Shown here in pieces: positions 29,393 to 40,908 of a stretch of 54,108 nt of DNA (within the stretch, counting starts at the first letter, position 1; each line of letters begins with the position of its first letter). Both the position numbers and the translations under genes were made by a program. The notes under the pieces were generated by a model. It was not told the DNA's origin. It worked only from the letters and a program-made list of their open reading frames with translations, and did not search any database. The DNA comes from an uncultured Mycoplasmatota bacterium (GTDB lineage: Bacteria > Bacillota_I > Bacilli_A > RF39 > UBA660): assembly GCA_945872435.1 (NCBI GenBank), contig CAMBYP010000003.1, positions 1 to 54,108 of the forward strand, read 5' to 3'.

Positions 29393-30490
29393 ATGAGTTT
29401 AACAGCTGGAATTGTAGGTCTTCCTAATGTGGGAAAATCTACATTATTTAATGCAATTACCAAAAAACATATTTTAGCAGCTAATTATCCATTCGCAACA
29501 ATAGAACCAAATGTTGGAGTTGTTACAGTTCCTGATAAACGTTTAGATGTATTAACTGAATTAGTTCATCCTGCTAAAACTATCGCAACAACTTTTGAAT
29601 TTACAGATATTGCAGGTTTAGTAAAAGGAGCTTCAACAGGTGAAGGATTAGGTAATAAATTTCTAAGTCATATTCGAGAAGTTGATGCAATTGTGGAGGT
29701 TGTAAGATGCTTTGAAGATGGTAACATTACACATGTTGAAGGACAAATAGATCCAATTCGTGATATAGAGATTATTAATGTAGAACTTATTTTAGCTGAT
29801 TTAGAAGTAATTGATGGTAGATTAAATCGTTTAGGAAAAAAAGCAGAAATGACAAAAGATAAAGCTACTATTTTAGAAGTGGGACTTTTGAAAAAAGTAA
29901 AAGAAAATTTAGAAAAAAATATTCCTGCTCGTGCATTAGAATATAATGAAGATGAATTAAAATTGTTAAAGTCATTTAATTTATTAACGATGAAACCAAT
30001 CATATACGTTTCTAATGTTAAGGAAAATGAAATTACATCTGAAAACCAATATGTTAAAAAAGTACGTGATTATGCAAGTAAAGAACAAGCGGAAGTGATT
30101 GTAGTTTGTGCAAAAATTGAGGAAGAATTAAGTGAATTAGATGAAGAAGATAAAATTTTATTTTTACAAGATTTAGGACTCAATGAAAGTGGATTAGATC
30201 AATTAATTAGAGCAACTTATTCTCTTTTAGGGTTAGCTACTTATTTTACAGAAGGAAAAGATGAAGTGAGAGCATGGACTTTTAGAAAAGGAATGAAAGC
30301 TCCTGAATGTGCAGGAATTATTCATACTGATTTTGAAAGAGGATTTATCAAGGCAGAAGTTATTAGCTATGATGATTTTGCAGCTCTAAAGTCAGAAAAA
30401 GCAGTTCGTGAAGCTGGAAAATTACGTTTAGAAGGAAAAGATTATGTGATGCAAGACGGTGATATTTGTTTATTTCGCTTTAACGTATAA
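29393..30490 (+). CDS. ychF: redox-regulated ATPase YchF
   Basis: GIVGLPNVGKST, ANYPFATIEPN, DIAGLV, TGS domain (IHTDFERGFI). Confidence 0.97.
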   Translation: MSLTAGIVGLPNVGKSTLFNAITKKHILAANYPFATIEPNVGVVTVPDKRLDVLTELVHPAKTIATTFEFTDIAGLVKGASTGEGLGNKFLSHIREVDAIVEVVRCFEDGNITHVEGQIDPIRDIEIINVELILADLEVIDGRLNRLGKKAEMTKDKATILEVGLLKKVKENLEKNIPARALEYNEDELKLLKSFNLLTMKPIIYVSNVKENEITSENQYVKKVRDYASKEQAEVIVVCAKIEEELSELDEEDKILFLQDLGLNESGLDQLIRATYSLLGLATYFTEGKDEVRAWTFRKGMKAPECAGIIHTDFERGFIKAEVISYDDFAALKSEKAVREAGKLRLEGKDYVMQDGDICLFRFNV

Positions 30491-30517
30491 AACTATTACA
30501 AATGTAATAGTTTTTTT
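30489..30517 (+). terminator. intrinsic terminator after ychF
   Basis: AAAACTATTACA-AA-TGTAATAGTTTTTTT. Confidence 0.75.
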
Positions 30518-30692
30518 GTCAGAAAACAAAACATATACTCAAAATTCGGCATATTTTGTAAACCGATTTCATAAAAATATTATAAATAAAAAGTTATAAC
30601 AAAAAAAGGATATTAAACAACCAGTTGTTTTTTAAAATTTGTTCTTTACAATTGATATGATATTTGTTATAATCTTAGACGAGTATGAATTT

Positions 30693-30738
30693 ACTCCTTG
30701 CTTTTGTTATCAAAAGCCATTAAGACCATAAGGAGGTG
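30693..30738 (+). promoter_or_regulatory. S6:S18 ribosomal protein leader
   Basis: CTCCTT pairs with the rpsF SD AAGGAG; inner hairpin GCTTTTG/CAAAAGC followed by CCA; -10 TATAAT at 30668. Confidence 0.7.
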
Positions 30739-30744
30739 TAGAAA

Positions 30745-31035
30745 ATGAGAGAATATGAAATTATGTTTATCGTAAGACCAACATTATCAGAAGAAGATAC
30801 TAAGAAAGTAATTGAAAACTTTAAAAATATTATTACAAATCATGGAGCTACAATTACTGGTGAAACTGATATGGGACAAAGAGAATTAGCTTACGAAATT
30901 AAAAAATGCAAAAGCGGATATTATTACGTATTAACTTTAAGTGCAAATGATGATGCTGCTATCAAAGAATTCGATCGTCTTGCATTAATTAGTAATGATG
31001 TAATTCGTCATTTAATTACTAAAATTGAAAAATAA
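30745..31035 (+). CDS. rpsF: 30S ribosomal protein S6
   Basis: [27 protein letters not shown]. Confidence 0.96.
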   Translation: MREYEIMFIVRPTLSEEDTKKVIENFKNIITNHGATITGETDMGQRELAYEIKKCKSGYYYVLTLSANDDAAIKEFDRLALISNDVIRHLITKIEK

Positions 31036-31048
31036 AAGGAGATACGTT

Positions 31049-31522
31049 ATGAATCGAGTATTATTAATTGGAAGACTAACAGCCAAACCAGAATTAAGAT
31101 ATACAGCGTCTAATTTACCATTTTCACGTTTTTCTGTTGCAGTAAATCGAACTTTTAGTAATCGTGACGGTGAACGAGAAACTGATTTTATCAATATTGT
31201 TGTTTGGCGAAAACAAGCAGAAAATGTTTGTAATTATTTAGATAAAGGAAGCCTTGTTTCTGTAGAAGGAAGACTTCAAACTAATAACTATGAAGATAAG
31301 GATGGAAATAAAAGATATTCTATGGAAGTTGTTGCTGATTCAGTACAATTTTTAGAAAGCAAAGCACAACGTGGAAATCGTGTTAATGAAGCAAGCCCAT
31401 ATGATTATCAACAACCATCTTCAACTCAAACAGGAAATTATACAAATGATGTCAATGTCGAAGATGATCCATTTGCTGATTTCGGAGACAGTGTGTCTAT
31501 TAGTGATGATTTTCTAGACTAA
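31049..31522 (+). CDS. ssb: single-stranded DNA-binding protein
   Basis: [18 protein letters not shown], acidic tail. Confidence 0.96.
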   Translation: MNRVLLIGRLTAKPELRYTASNLPFSRFSVAVNRTFSNRDGERETDFINIVVWRKQAENVCNYLDKGSLVSVEGRLQTNNYEDKDGNKRYSMEVVADSVQFLESKAQRGNRVNEASPYDYQQPSSTQTGNYTNDVNVEDDPFADFGDSVSISDDFLD

Positions 31523-31539
31523 AGAAAGGATAATGAATC

Positions 31540-31755
31540 ATGGCTGAAGGATTTAGAAAAAGAAAAAAGATTTGCCAAATGTGTGCAGGAAAAGATGTAG
31601 ATTATAAGAATGTAGATGTAATTAAAAAATACATTAAACCAAATGGTGCAATTACATCAACAAGAATGAATGGAAATTGTAAGTTACATCAAAGACATGT
31701 TGCAAATGAAATTAAAAAAGCACGTTTTATGGGATTGATCCCATTCGTAAAATAA
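31540..31755 (+). CDS. rpsR: 30S ribosomal protein S18 (Zn-binding type)
   Basis: CQMC, VDYKN, CKLHQR, IKKARFMGLIPF. Confidence 0.95.
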   Translation: MAEGFRKRKKICQMCAGKDVDYKNVDVIKKYIKPNGAITSTRMNGNCKLHQRHVANEIKKARFMGLIPFVK

Positions 31756-31803
31756 GCAATTTTGCTTATTTTTTTTTATAAAAAAACTACCAAATGGTAG
31801 TTT
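31749..31803. terminator. two adjacent terminators between convergent rpsR and a minus-strand gene
   Basis: AAAATAAGCAA-TT-TTGCTTATTTT and AAAAAACTACC-AAAT-GGTAGTTT. Confidence 0.65.
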
Positions 31804-32713
31804 ATTCAGAAATAGTACACGTTGCTCCAGTACTTTCTTCTTGTGCTTTTACTTCTTGCAAAGATTTTCCTAGATAAGTTGTTTCTTGTGGGACACTTGT
31901 CACGTGACCATGTCCAAAATAAGTTTTTATGATCAATTGATTATTATCAAAAAGTATATCATTTTGATTTTGGTTTTCTAATTTTGCACTATCGTAGCTT
32001 CCTTGATCATTGTATTTTTTTGTAATGATATATTCATAAGAAGTTAGTGTATCGTTTTCAAAATTTGAAATAGATAGAACAGAATTTTGGTAATTATCTA
32101 TTTGTGTAGCTGCTGTGGAACAAGTCATTACTTTTGTTATTACTTCTTCTTTATCTTCATTTTCGTTTTTAGAATCTTGAAGTTCATTTAAAGCATTTGC
32201 TTCTTTTATTTGACGTTGTAATTCTTTTCTATATGCGTTTGTAATAAATGTAAAAGAAATTACAATGATGGCGAAAGCAACAATCAATACAAGAGCTAGA
32301 TTAGAATTTTTACTTGAATCATCAAGTTCTTCTTTGATTTCTTGCCCTTGTAAACGTAATTCGTGTTCCTCTAATAACTGTTCTCTTTTTTCTTCCCATT
32401 CTTTCGTATTTAATCCAATAAAATCATCATATTCTTCAAAATCCACAGTTTTAGATGGTTCTAAATTTGGGATAATTAATCTTTTTTCTCTTGATTTTTT
32501 TTGGTGTTTTAGTGGATGTGTTTTTTCTTTTTTATTTTCCACTTTTTTTGCGACTTTTTTCTTTAAAACTTTAGAATTTTCTGATTTTTTTGTTTCTTTT
32601 TTCTTGACAGTTTTTTTTATGTCTTTTTTATTTTCACTTTTTTTAACGTGTTTTTTCTTATTATTTTCTGCTTTTTTAATTACTTTTCTTTTTTTCTTTT
32701 TTTCTTCGTTCAT
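31802..32713 (-). CDS. single-pass membrane protein with Lys-rich N-terminus, unknown function
   Basis: About 80-aa Lys-rich segment, acidic segment, one TM, coiled-coil-like region, C-terminal domain bracketed by two Cys. Confidence 0.75.
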   Translation of the reverse strand: MNEEKKKKRKVIKKAENNKKKHVKKSENKKDIKKTVKKKETKKSENSKVLKKKVAKKVENKKEKTHPLKHQKKSREKRLIIPNLEPSKTVDFEEYDDFIGLNTKEWEEKREQLLEEHELRLQGQEIKEELDDSSKNSNLALVLIVAFAIIVISFTFITNAYRKELQRQIKEANALNELQDSKNENEDKEEVITKVMTCSTAATQIDNYQNSVLSISNFENDTLTSYEYIITKKYNDQGSYDSAKLENQNQNDILFDNNQLIIKTYFGHGHVTSVPQETTYLGKSLQEVKAQEESTGATCTISE

Positions 32714-32834
32714 GATTCCACCCCATATTTTCTTCATTATAACATACTTAAATTTAAAAAGAAATAAAAATAAAACAATTAAAAGAACATAAAAAAATAA
32801 ATGTAAGAAAATGTAAAAAAATGAAAAAAATTAC

Positions 32835-32863
32835 TTGCATTTCATATAATTATGATGTATAAT
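32835..32863 (+). promoter_or_regulatory. sigma-A promoter of the S10 operon
   Basis: TTGCAT-17nt-TATAAT preceded by A tracts. Confidence 0.75.
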
Positions 32864-32869
32864 TTTGAA

Positions 32870-32990
32870 TGTGTGGCATGCGTTGATGTGGGAGGTTGCC
32901 GATACACCAGGTTAAGTTGTAAATAAAATTAACTTGTTATCGGGTTTTCCTAACGGAGCAAGTCTATACTGGATATAGGCGAAAGGAGGA
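32870..32990 (+). promoter_or_regulatory. conserved rpsJ (S10 operon) leader RNA
   Basis: GATGTGGGAGGTTGCCGATACACC...GGGTTTTCCTAACGGAG...GTCTATA/TATAGGC-GAAAGGAGG resembles the recalled Bacillus rpsJ leader; GC-rich versus flanks. Confidence 0.7.
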
Positions 32991-32996
32991 TGCAAT

Positions 32997-33305
32997 ATGT
33001 CTAAAACAAAAGTTCGTATCAAATTAAAAGCTTACGAACACAAGAGTTTAGATAACGCTTGTGCGAAAATTGTGGAAACTGTAAAAAGAACAGGTGGAGA
33101 AGTATGTGGACCTATTCCACTACCAACTGAAGTAGAAAAAATCACTATTTTAAGAGCTGTTCACAAAGACAAAGATTCACGTGAACAATTTGAAAGAAGA
33201 ACACACAAAAGACTTATTGATATCGTAAACCCAAGTAAGGAGACTATTGAGGCATTAACTCATTTAGATATCCCAAGTGGTGTTGATATTAAAATCAAAT
33301 TATAA
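32997..33305 (+). CDS. rpsJ: 30S ribosomal protein S10
   Basis: [28 protein letters not shown]. Confidence 0.97.
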   Translation: MSKTKVRIKLKAYEHKSLDNACAKIVETVKRTGGEVCGPIPLPTEVEKITILRAVHKDKDSREQFERRTHKRLIDIVNPSKETIEALTHLDIPSGVDIKIKL

Positions 33306-33323
33306 TAATTAGGAGGAAAAAAT

Positions 33324-34067
33324 ATGGAAATGAAAGGAATCTTAGGTCGTAAAATTGGAATGACTCAAGTGTTTACAAAATCTGGTAAATTGATTCCTGT
33401 AACTGTTATTTCTGTTGAACCAAATGTGGTAACACAAATTAAAACAAAAGAAAATGATGGTTATGAAGCAATTCAATTAGGTTTTGAAACAAAAAGAGAA
33501 AAATTAGCGACAAAGGCTTCTATTGGTCATACCAATAAAGCAAATACTACACCTAAGCGCTTCTTTAAAGAGATTCGTGGTGTAGATATAAATAACTATT
33601 CTTTAGGTCAAGAAATCAAAACTGATATTTTTGAAGCAGGAGAAGTAGTTGATGTAACAGGAGTTACAAAAGGTCACGGATTCCAAGGTGTTATTAAACG
33701 TCATGGACAAAATCGTGGACCTATGGGACATGGATCTCATTATCATAGAAAACCAGGTTCAATGGGTACTATGAGACCAATGCGTGTTTTTAAAGGTAAA
33801 AACTTGCCAGGACATATGGGAGTTGAAACTGTAACAATTCAAAATTTAACAATCGTTGCTGTTGATACAGAAAACAATGTTATTTTAGTAAGTGGAAATG
33901 TTCCAGGAGCTAAAAAATCACTTGTTACAATTAAAACTTCTGTTAAAACACCAGGTAAGAAAATTGAAATGGATGAACTAGTTTCATACGAAGAAAAACC
34001 TCTAGAAACACCGGCAGAAGAAACTACTGAAGAAGTAGCTTTAGAAGCTTCTACAGAAGAAAACTAG
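33324..34067 (+). CDS. rplC: 50S ribosomal protein L3
   Basis: [22 protein letters not shown]; acidic C-terminal extension. Confidence 0.97.
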   Translation: MEMKGILGRKIGMTQVFTKSGKLIPVTVISVEPNVVTQIKTKENDGYEAIQLGFETKREKLATKASIGHTNKANTTPKRFFKEIRGVDINNYSLGQEIKTDIFEAGEVVDVTGVTKGHGFQGVIKRHGQNRGPMGHGSHYHRKPGSMGTMRPMRVFKGKNLPGHMGVETVTIQNLTIVAVDTENNVILVSGNVPGAKKSLVTIKTSVKTPGKKIEMDELVSYEEKPLETPAEETTEEVALEASTEEN

Positions 34068-34080
34068 TAGGGAGGCAAAA

Positions 34081-34716
34081 GTGAGTATGAAAAAATTACC
34101 TGTATTAAATATAAAGGGTGAAAAAGTAAACGATATTACATTAAATGAAAATGTATTTGGTATTACTCCAAATGATACAGTTTTATACGATGCAATTCGT
34201 TTAACAAGAAATGCCCAAAGACAAAGTACTGCAAGTACAAAAACACGTAGTGAAGTAAGCGGTGGAGGAAGAAAGCCTTGGAGACAAAAAGGAACTAGTA
34301 ATGCTCGTCAAGGAAGTATTCGTGCACCACACTGGGTTGGTGGAGGAGTTGTGTTTGGCCCTACACCACAAAAAAATTACAAATTAAAAATGAACCGTAA
34401 GGAAAGAAGATTAGCATTAAAATCAGCTTTATCTTACAAATATATAGATAATGAATTAGTTATCGTAGATAATTTCAACTTAGCAGATGGAAAAACTAAA
34501 ACTGCTAAAGAAGCATTAACAAATTTAAAAGTTAATGAAGAAAAAACAATGATTGTTGTTGACGAATTAACTGATGAAGTAATTCTTGCAACTCGTAACT
34601 TAGATAATGTGTTATTACTTGAAACTGATGAAGTAAATACATTAGATGTTGTAAGTGTAAATCGTATGGTAATTACTGAATCAGCTGTTAAAAAATTAGA
34701 GGAGGTGCTTGGTTAA
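34081..34716 (+). CDS. rplD: 50S ribosomal protein L4
   Basis: [23 protein letters not shown]. Confidence 0.97.
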   Translation: MSMKKLPVLNIKGEKVNDITLNENVFGITPNDTVLYDAIRLTRNAQRQSTASTKTRSEVSGGGRKPWRQKGTSNARQGSIRAPHWVGGGVVFGPTPQKNYKLKMNRKERRLALKSALSYKYIDNELVIVDNFNLADGKTKTAKEALTNLKVNEEKTMIVVDELTDEVILATRNLDNVLLLETDEVNTLDVVSVNRMVITESAVKKLEEVLG

Positions 34717-34997
34717 TGAGTAATTATAGAGATATTATTAAAGCACCAGTTATTACAGAAAAAAGTGCTGATCTTGCACAAAATGAGAATAAATACACAT
34801 TCCGTGTTGATCCTCGTGCAAATAAAACACAAATTAAACAAGCTATTGAATCAATTTTCAATGTGAAAGTTGAAAGCGTAAATACAATTAATGTAAAACC
34901 TAGAAAAAAACGTGTTGGACGTTATGTAGGTAAAACAAAAAGAGTAAAAAAAGCAATTGTTAAATTACAAGAAGGAAGTTCAATTGAACTAAACTAA
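34716..34997 (+). CDS. rplW: 50S ribosomal protein L23
   Basis: [21 protein letters not shown]. Confidence 0.97.
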   Translation: MSNYRDIIKAPVITEKSADLAQNENKYTFRVDPRANKTQIKQAIESIFNVKVESVNTINVKPRKKRVGRYVGKTKRVKKAIVKLQEGSSIELN

Positions 34998-35016
34998 TCT
35001 AAAAAGGAGGAAAATT

Positions 35017-35847
35017 ATGGCAATTAAGACATACAAAGCAATGACAAATGGTCAACGTGGTAAATCAACATTAGTAAATGATGAAATCACAACAACAACT
35101 CCTGAAAAATCATTACTTGTAACTCTTAAGAAAAATGGTGGTCGTAATAACTCTGGTCGTATCACAGTAAGACATCGTGGTGGAGGCGCTAAGAGAAAAT
35201 ATCGTATCATTGATTTTGTAAGAAACAAGGATGGAGTAGAAGGAACAGTTGCTTCTATTGAATATGATCCAAATAGAACATCTAACATTGCTTTAATTAA
35301 ATATGCTGATGGAGAAAAAAGATATATTCTTGCTCCAAAAGGTTTAAAAGTTGGAATGAAGATTGAAAGTGGAGAAAATGCTGATATTAAAGTTGGTAAC
35401 TCACTTCCAATTGGAAATATTCCAGAAGGAACATTAGTTCATAATATTGAGTTAAAACCTGGTAAAGGTGGTCAAATTGGTCGTTCTGCTGGAAACAGTG
35501 CACAAATTTTAGGACGTGAAGGAAAATATACTTTAATCCGTTTATCTAGTGGAGAAGTTCGTAAAGTATTAAATACTTGCCGTGCTACAATTGGTGAAGT
35601 TGGTAATGAAGATCATGAATTAGTAAGCTTAGGTAAAGCTGGACGTAAAAGACATATGGGAATTCGTCCAACAGTACGTGGTTCTGTTATGAACCCTAAT
35701 GATCACCCACATGGTGGAGGAGAAGGACGTGCTCCTATTGGTAGAAAAGCACCAGTTACTCCTTGGGGTAAACCTGCACTTGGTTTAAAAACTCGTGGAA
35801 CGAAAAAAGCTTCAAATAAGCTAATTGTTCGCCGTCGTAAAAAATAA
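35017..35847 (+). CDS. rplB: 50S ribosomal protein L2
   Basis: [30 protein letters not shown]. Confidence 0.98.
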   Translation: MAIKTYKAMTNGQRGKSTLVNDEITTTTPEKSLLVTLKKNGGRNNSGRITVRHRGGGAKRKYRIIDFVRNKDGVEGTVASIEYDPNRTSNIALIKYADGEKRYILAPKGLKVGMKIESGENADIKVGNSLPIGNIPEGTLVHNIELKPGKGGQIGRSAGNSAQILGREGKYTLIRLSSGEVRKVLNTCRATIGEVGNEDHELVSLGKAGRKRHMGIRPTVRGSVMNPNDHPHGGGEGRAPIGRKAPVTPWGKPALGLKTRGTKKASNKLIVRRRKK

Positions 35848-35866
35848 GAGAAAGGATTGAGATATA

Positions 35867-36133
35867 ATGGCTAGAAGTTTGAAAAAAGGACCATTTGTTG
35901 ACGCTCACTTAATGAAAAAAGTGGAAGAAGTTAATAAAAGTGGTAAAAAAGAAGTCATTAAGACTTGGTCACGCCGTTCAACGATTTATCCTGAATTTGT
36001 AGGACTTACATTTGGAGTTCACAATGGAAAAGAACACATTCCTGTTTATGTAACAGAAGATATGGTTGGACATAAATTAGGAGAATTTGCACTTACTCGT
36101 AAATTCGGTGGACATGGTGCTGACAAGAAATAA
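35867..36133 (+). CDS. rpsS: 30S ribosomal protein S19
   Basis: [23 protein letters not shown]. Confidence 0.97.
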   Translation: MARSLKKGPFVDAHLMKKVEEVNKSGKKEVIKTWSRRSTIYPEFVGLTFGVHNGKEHIPVYVTEDMVGHKLGEFALTRKFGGHGADKK

Positions 36134-36157
36134 TAAGTAACTGGAAGGAGGACTAAA

Positions 36158-36493
36158 ATGGAAGCGAAAGCACTTGCTTATGGTGTAAGACTTACACCTC
36201 GTAAAGCTCGTTTAGTTATAGATTTAATTCGTGGAAAAAGTGTTGTGGAAGCAGATCAAATTTTATCTAATATGAATCGTGATGCTTCTAGAACAATTCA
36301 TAAGGTTTTAACTTCCGCTGTAGCAAACGCAACAAATAATTTAAATTTAAATAAAGATAATTTATTTGTAAAAGAAGCTTTTGTAAACGAAGGAAAACCA
36401 TTAAAAAGAATGCGTTGTGGGTCACGTGGTCATGCAGACCCAATTAAGAAAAGAACAAGTCACATTACAATTGTTGTAAGTGAGAGAAACTAA
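36158..36493 (+). CDS. rplV: 50S ribosomal protein L22
   Basis: [23 protein letters not shown]. Confidence 0.97.
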   Translation: MEAKALAYGVRLTPRKARLVIDLIRGKSVVEADQILSNMNRDASRTIHKVLTSAVANATNNLNLNKDNLFVKEAFVNEGKPLKRMRCGSRGHADPIKKRTSHITIVVSERN

Positions 36494-36509
36494 TAAAGGA
36501 GGTAAACTG

Positions 36510-37190
36510 ATGGGTCAAAAAGTTAGTCCAATTGGTCTTAGAATTGGAATCAATAAAGACTGGGAATCTAGATGGTTTGCTGATAGAAAAGATACAGCTA
36601 GATTCTTAGAAAATGACGTTAAGATTCGTAAGTTTTTAGAAAAGAAATTAAAAGACGCAGCAGTTTCAAGTATTCTTATTGAAAGAACCGCTAAAAAGAC
36701 CGATGTTATTATCAACACTGCAAAACCAGGAGTTGTAATTGGTCATGGTGGAGATGAAATTGAAAAAATCAGAAAAGAACTATCTAAATTAGTAAATGAA
36801 GATGTTCAAATTTCTATTATGGAAGTTAAAAATCCTGATTTAGATGCTGCTTTGGTTGCAGAAAATATTGCACACCAAATCGAAAATCGTGTATCATTTA
36901 GAATTGCACAAAAGAAAGCAATTAGAAATACTATGAAGGCAGGAGCTAAAGGAATTAAAACTTCAGTATCTGGTCGTTTAGGTGGAGTTGATATGGCTCG
37001 TACTGAAGGATATACTGAAGGTATGATTCCACTTCATACTTTAAGAGCTGATGTTGATTATGCCATTAAAGAAGCAGATACAACATACGGAAAAATTGGT
37101 GTTAAAGTATGGATTTATAAAGGAGAAATCCTTCCTTCCAAGAAAAATAAGGGAGGTAATGAAAATGGCAGTCATTCCAAAAAGAACTAA
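36510..37190 (+). CDS. rpsC: 30S ribosomal protein S3
   Basis: [36 protein letters not shown]. Confidence 0.97.
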   Translation: MGQKVSPIGLRIGINKDWESRWFADRKDTARFLENDVKIRKFLEKKLKDAAVSSILIERTAKKTDVIINTAKPGVVIGHGGDEIEKIRKELSKLVNEDVQISIMEVKNPDLDAALVAENIAHQIENRVSFRIAQKKAIRNTMKAGAKGIKTSVSGRLGGVDMARTEGYTEGMIPLHTLRADVDYAIKEADTTYGKIGVKVWIYKGEILPSKKNKGGNENGSHSKKN

Positions 37191-37587
37191 ATATCGTAGA
37201 CCTCACCGTTTAAGATACGATGGTGTAGCTAAAGGTAATACTGAACTACACTTTGGTGAATATGGTTTAATGGCACTTGATGGTGCATGGGTAAGTCAAC
37301 AACAAATCGAAGCTGCTCGTGTTGCCATGACTCGTTTTATGAAACGTGGAGGAAAAGTATGGATTAATATTTTCCCACACTTATCATTAACGAAAAAACC
37401 TCTTGAAACTCGTCAAGGTAAAGGTAAAGGAGACCCAGAAGTATGGGTAGCTGTTGTTAAAAAAGGAAAAATTATGTTCGAAGTTGGAGGAGTTGATGAA
37501 GCAACTGCACGTGAAGCTTTAAGACTTGCAATGCATAAACTTCCAATGAGATGTAAATTTGTTAAAAAAGAAAGTGGTGAAAAGTAA
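37165..37587 (+). CDS. rplP: 50S ribosomal protein L16
   Basis: [24 protein letters not shown]; ATG after GGAGG. Confidence 0.97.
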   Translation: MAVIPKRTKYRRPHRLRYDGVAKGNTELHFGEYGLMALDGAWVSQQQIEAARVAMTRFMKRGGKVWINIFPHLSLTKKPLETRQGKGKGDPEVWVAVVKKGKIMFEVGGVDEATAREALRLAMHKLPMRCKFVKKESGEK

Positions 37588-37784
37588 TGAAAAATAGTGA
37601 AATCAGACAATTATCCAATGAAGAAATTATGAAAAAAATTGAAGAATGTAAAGAAGAACTATTTAATTTACGTTTTAATGCAGCCACTGGAAATCTTGAA
37701 AAACCTTCAAGAATTAAAGAACTTAGAAAGCTTGTTGCACGTATGAAAACAATTTTACGTGAACGTGAGCTAGAAAAGAACTAG
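37587..37784 (+). CDS. rpmC: 50S ribosomal protein L29
   Basis: ELFNLRF, VARMKT. Confidence 0.96.
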   Translation: MKNSEIRQLSNEEIMKKIEECKEELFNLRFNAATGNLEKPSRIKELRKLVARMKTILRERELEKN

Positions 37785-37793
37785 GAGGGCATT

Positions 37794-38051
37794 ATGGAAA
37801 AGAAAACTCATGAATTAGTGGGAAAAGTAGTAAGTAATAAAGCTGATAAAACAATTACTGTTTTAGTTGAAACTTACAAAACAAACCCAATTTATAAAAA
37901 ACGTGCAAAATACTCAAAAAAATATACTGCCCACGATGAAAAGAACGTTGCAAATGTTGGAGATATTGTTCGTATTGCAGAAACTCGTCCAATTTCTAAA
38001 AATAAACATTTCCGTTTAGTCGAAGTAGTAGAAAAAGCAATCGTTTTATAA
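37794..38051 (+). CDS. rpsQ: 30S ribosomal protein S17
   Basis: [18 protein letters not shown]. Confidence 0.97.
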   Translation: MEKKTHELVGKVVSNKADKTITVLVETYKTNPIYKKRAKYSKKYTAHDEKNVANVGDIVRIAETRPISKNKHFRLVEVVEKAIVL

Positions 38052-38078
38052 TTGCTGCTCGAAAAGGAGGATAAAGAC

Positions 38079-38447
38079 ATGGTACAACAAGAAACTCGTT
38101 TAAAAGTAGCTGATAACTCTGGAGCACGTGAAGTATCAATTATTCGTGTGCTTGGTGGAAGTAAAGTAAAAACGGGAAATATTGGTGATATCGTTGTTGC
38201 AACTGTAAAAAAAGCAACTCCAAACGGAACTGTTGCAAAAGGAAAAGTTGTAAAAGCGGTAATCGTTAGAAGTAAATCTGGTTTAAGAAGAGAAGATGGA
38301 TCATACATTAAATTTGATGATAATGCTTGTGTTATTATTAAAGATGATGGTACTCCAGTTGGAACTCGTGTATTTGGACCAGTAGCACGTGAATTACGTG
38401 ACAAAAATTTTATGAAGATTGTTTCACTTGCAAAAGAAGTGTTATAG
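38079..38447 (+). CDS. rplN: 50S ribosomal protein L14
   Basis: [20 protein letters not shown]. Confidence 0.97.
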   Translation: MVQQETRLKVADNSGAREVSIIRVLGGSKVKTGNIGDIVVATVKKATPNGTVAKGKVVKAVIVRSKSGLRREDGSYIKFDDNACVIIKDDGTPVGTRVFGPVARELRDKNFMKIVSLAKEVL

Positions 38448-38469
38448 TCTCATCATAAGGAGGATGAAC

Positions 38470-38778
38470 ATGAACTTAAAGTCTGGAGATAAAGTAGTTG
38501 TTATTGCCGGAAAAGATAAGGGTAAAGAAGGAATCATCACAAAAGTTTTGAAAAATGAAAACCGTGTTGTTGTAGAAGGTGTTAATGTTGTTAAAAAACA
38601 CGTAAAACCATCTGGACAAGGAGCTGGTAGTATTGTTGAAATGAATGCTCCAATTCATGCTTCAAATGTTATGATTTTAGACCCTAAAACAAAAAAGAGA
38701 ACTAGAATCGGACATACAACTTTAAAAAATGGTAAGAAAGTTAGATGTACAAAAAAATCTAATTCAAATCTTGACTAA
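38470..38778 (+). CDS. rplX: 50S ribosomal protein L24
   Basis: GDKVVVIAGKDKGK, PIHASNV. Confidence 0.97.
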   Translation: MNLKSGDKVVVIAGKDKGKEGIITKVLKNENRVVVEGVNVVKKHVKPSGQGAGSIVEMNAPIHASNVMILDPKTKKRTRIGHTTLKNGKKVRCTKKSNSNLD

Positions 38779-38796
38779 TTGGAAGGAGGGTAAATT

Positions 38797-39336
38797 ATGA
38801 ACCGCCTAAAAGAAAAATATAATAAGGAAATCGTACCTAGCTTAAGAGAAAAATATAATTACAAGAGCATTATGGAAGTTCCTGCTCTTGATAAGATTGT
38901 TGTTAATATGGGTGTAGGAGATGCAACAACAAATTCTAAATTGTTAGAAGCTGCTGTTGAAGATTTAGCTCAAATTACTGGACAAAAACCTGTTGTAACA
39001 AAAGCTAAAAAAGCTATTGCAGGATTTAAAGTAAGAGAGGGTCAACCTATCGGATGTAAAGTAACATTACGTGGTGAAAATATGTATAACTTTTTAGATA
39101 AATTAATTAGTATTACATTACCTCGTGTACGTGACTTTAGAGGAGTTTCACATCGTTCATTTGATGGAAGAGGAAACTATACATTAGGATTAACTGAACA
39201 ACTAATTTTCTCAGAAATAGATTATGATAACGTTGTTAAAGTACGTGGTATGGACATTGTTTTCGTAACTACAGCAAAAACAAACGACGAAGCGTATGAC
39301 TTATTAAAAGGTTTCGGAATGCCTTTTAAGAACTAA
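38797..39336 (+). CDS. rplE: 50S ribosomal protein L5
   Basis: [29 protein letters not shown]. Confidence 0.97.
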   Translation: MNRLKEKYNKEIVPSLREKYNYKSIMEVPALDKIVVNMGVGDATTNSKLLEAAVEDLAQITGQKPVVTKAKKAIAGFKVREGQPIGCKVTLRGENMYNFLDKLISITLPRVRDFRGVSHRSFDGRGNYTLGLTEQLIFSEIDYDNVVKVRGMDIVFVTTAKTNDEAYDLLKGFGMPFKN

Positions 39337-39358
39337 TAAATGAATTAGGAGGAATATT

Positions 39359-39544
39359 ATGGCTAAAACTAGTATGAAAGTAAAAGCAAGTCGACCACAG
39401 AAATTTAAAGTACGTGAATATACACGTTGTTCAAGATGTGGAAGACCTCATGCAGTTCTAAAAAAATATGGAATTTGCCGTATTTGTTTCAGAGAACTAG
39501 CTTATAAAGGACAAATACCAGGAATGAAAAAATCAAGCTGGTAG
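39359..39544 (+). CDS. rpsN: 30S ribosomal protein S14 type Z (Zn-binding)
   Basis: 61 aa; [15 protein letters not shown]. Confidence 0.96.
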   Translation: MAKTSMKVKASRPQKFKVREYTRCSRCGRPHAVLKKYGICRICFRELAYKGQIPGMKKSSW

Positions 39545-39562
39545 TAAGAAGGGAGGATAATT

Positions 39563-39958
39563 ATGGTAACAGATCCAATCGCAGATATGCTTACAAGAAT
39601 TCGTAATGCGAATCAAATGCGATATACAGAAGTTGAAGTACCCGCTTCAAAAATGAAATTAGAAATTGCTAGAATCTTAAAAGAAGAAGGATTTATTAGT
39701 GATTACAAAGTAAAAAAAGAAAAAATTCAAGATGTAATTGTTCTTACATTAAAATATGGTAATAAAAAAGAACGTGTTATTACAGGATTAAAAAGAATTT
39801 CAAAACCAGGTTTACGTGTATATGCTAAGGCACAAGATGTTCCATATGTATTAAATGGACTTGGAATTGCAATTATCTCTACATCAAAAGGAATTATGAC
39901 TGATAAGCACGCACGTGAAAATTCTCTTGGTGGAGAAGTATTAGCATACATTTGGTAG
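39563..39958 (+). CDS. rpsH: 30S ribosomal protein S8
   Basis: [21 protein letters not shown]. Confidence 0.97.
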   Translation: MVTDPIADMLTRIRNANQMRYTEVEVPASKMKLEIARILKEEGFISDYKVKKEKIQDVIVLTLKYGNKKERVITGLKRISKPGLRVYAKAQDVPYVLNGLGIAIISTSKGIMTDKHARENSLGGEVLAYIW

Positions 39959-39971
39959 AAAGGAAGATAGT

Positions 39972-40502
39972 ATGAGTCGTATCGGAAATAGAGTTTTAAC
40001 GATTCCTGAAGGAGTTACTGTAGAAGTAGATGGTAATGTTGTTCGTGTAACTGGTCCTAAAGGTAGTCTTTCTACTGAAGTAAATAGAAATATTACTGTA
40101 AAAGTGGATGGAGATAAATTATCAGTAGAAAGAAAAAATGATAATTTTAAATCATTCCATGGAACAGCAAATGCAAATATTACAAATTTAATTACTGGAG
40201 TAACAAAAGGTTTCGAAAAGAAATTAGAAGCAGTTGGTGTAGGATACCGTTTTCAATTAAAAGGTAATACACTAGTTGTTAGTGCTGGATATTCACATCC
40301 AGTAGAAATGGAAATTCCAGCTGGTATTCAATTAGAATCACCAAGTAATACTGAATTATTTGTTAGAGGAATTGATAAACAATTAGTTGGAAATTTTGCT
40401 GCTAATGTTAGAGACATTAGAAGACCAGAACCTTACAAAGGAAAGGGAATTCGTTATGCGGATGAACATGTACGTCGTAAGGAAGGTAAAAAAGCAGCAT
40501 AG
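39972..40502 (+). CDS. rplF: 50S ribosomal protein L6
   Basis: [19 protein letters not shown]. Confidence 0.97.
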   Translation: MSRIGNRVLTIPEGVTVEVDGNVVRVTGPKGSLSTEVNRNITVKVDGDKLSVERKNDNFKSFHGTANANITNLITGVTKGFEKKLEAVGVGYRFQLKGNTLVVSAGYSHPVEMEIPAGIQLESPSNTELFVRGIDKQLVGNFAANVRDIRRPEPYKGKGIRYADEHVRRKEGKKAA

Positions 40503-40528
40503 TTAGAATAAGCAAAGGAGCGTTTACT

Positions 40529-40891
40529 ATGATAAAGAAAGAATCTCGTAATGAAATGAGAAAAGCTAGACACGCTCGTGTAAGAGAAAAAGTAGTTGGA
40601 ACAACTGAATGTCCAAGACTTAACGTGTTTAGATCAAATAAAAATATTTTTGCGCAAATCATAGATGATCAAACAAATGCTACACTTGTGAGTGCTTCTT
40701 CTATTGATAAAGAATTAAAATTAGAAAATGGAAGCAACGTTGATGCTGCAAGAAAAGTAGGAGAATTAATCGCTAAGAGAGCATTAAAAGCAAAAATTAA
40801 AAATGTTAAATTTGATAGAGGTGGATACCTATATCATGGACGTGTGAAAGCTTTAGCTGAAGCTGCACGTGAAAATGGATTAGAATTCTAA
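40529..40891 (+). CDS. rplR: 50S ribosomal protein L18
   Basis: [21 protein letters not shown]. Confidence 0.97.
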   Translation: MIKKESRNEMRKARHARVREKVVGTTECPRLNVFRSNKNIFAQIIDDQTNATLVSASSIDKELKLENGSNVDAARKVGELIAKRALKAKIKNVKFDRGGYLYHGRVKALAEAARENGLEF

Positions 40892-40908
40892 TATAAGGAG
40901 GGTTAGTT

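Noticed and set aside
30518-30660. Unassigned AT-rich intergenic region before rpsF as a possible sRNA
   Set aside because: No stable structure, terminator or recognisable motif beyond the rpsF promoter
32265-32792. 175-aa plus-strand Phe-rich ORF
   Set aside because: Antisense shadow of the Lys-rich minus-strand gene; no RBS
32801-32830. 10-bp phased ATGTAA-A-tract repeats as a WalR box
   Set aside because: Spacing is N4 rather than N5; more simply an UP element or bent DNA for the S10 promoter
33173-33188. parS-like AGATTCACGTGAACAA in rpsJ
   Set aside because: Four mismatches, and explained by the conserved DSREQ codons
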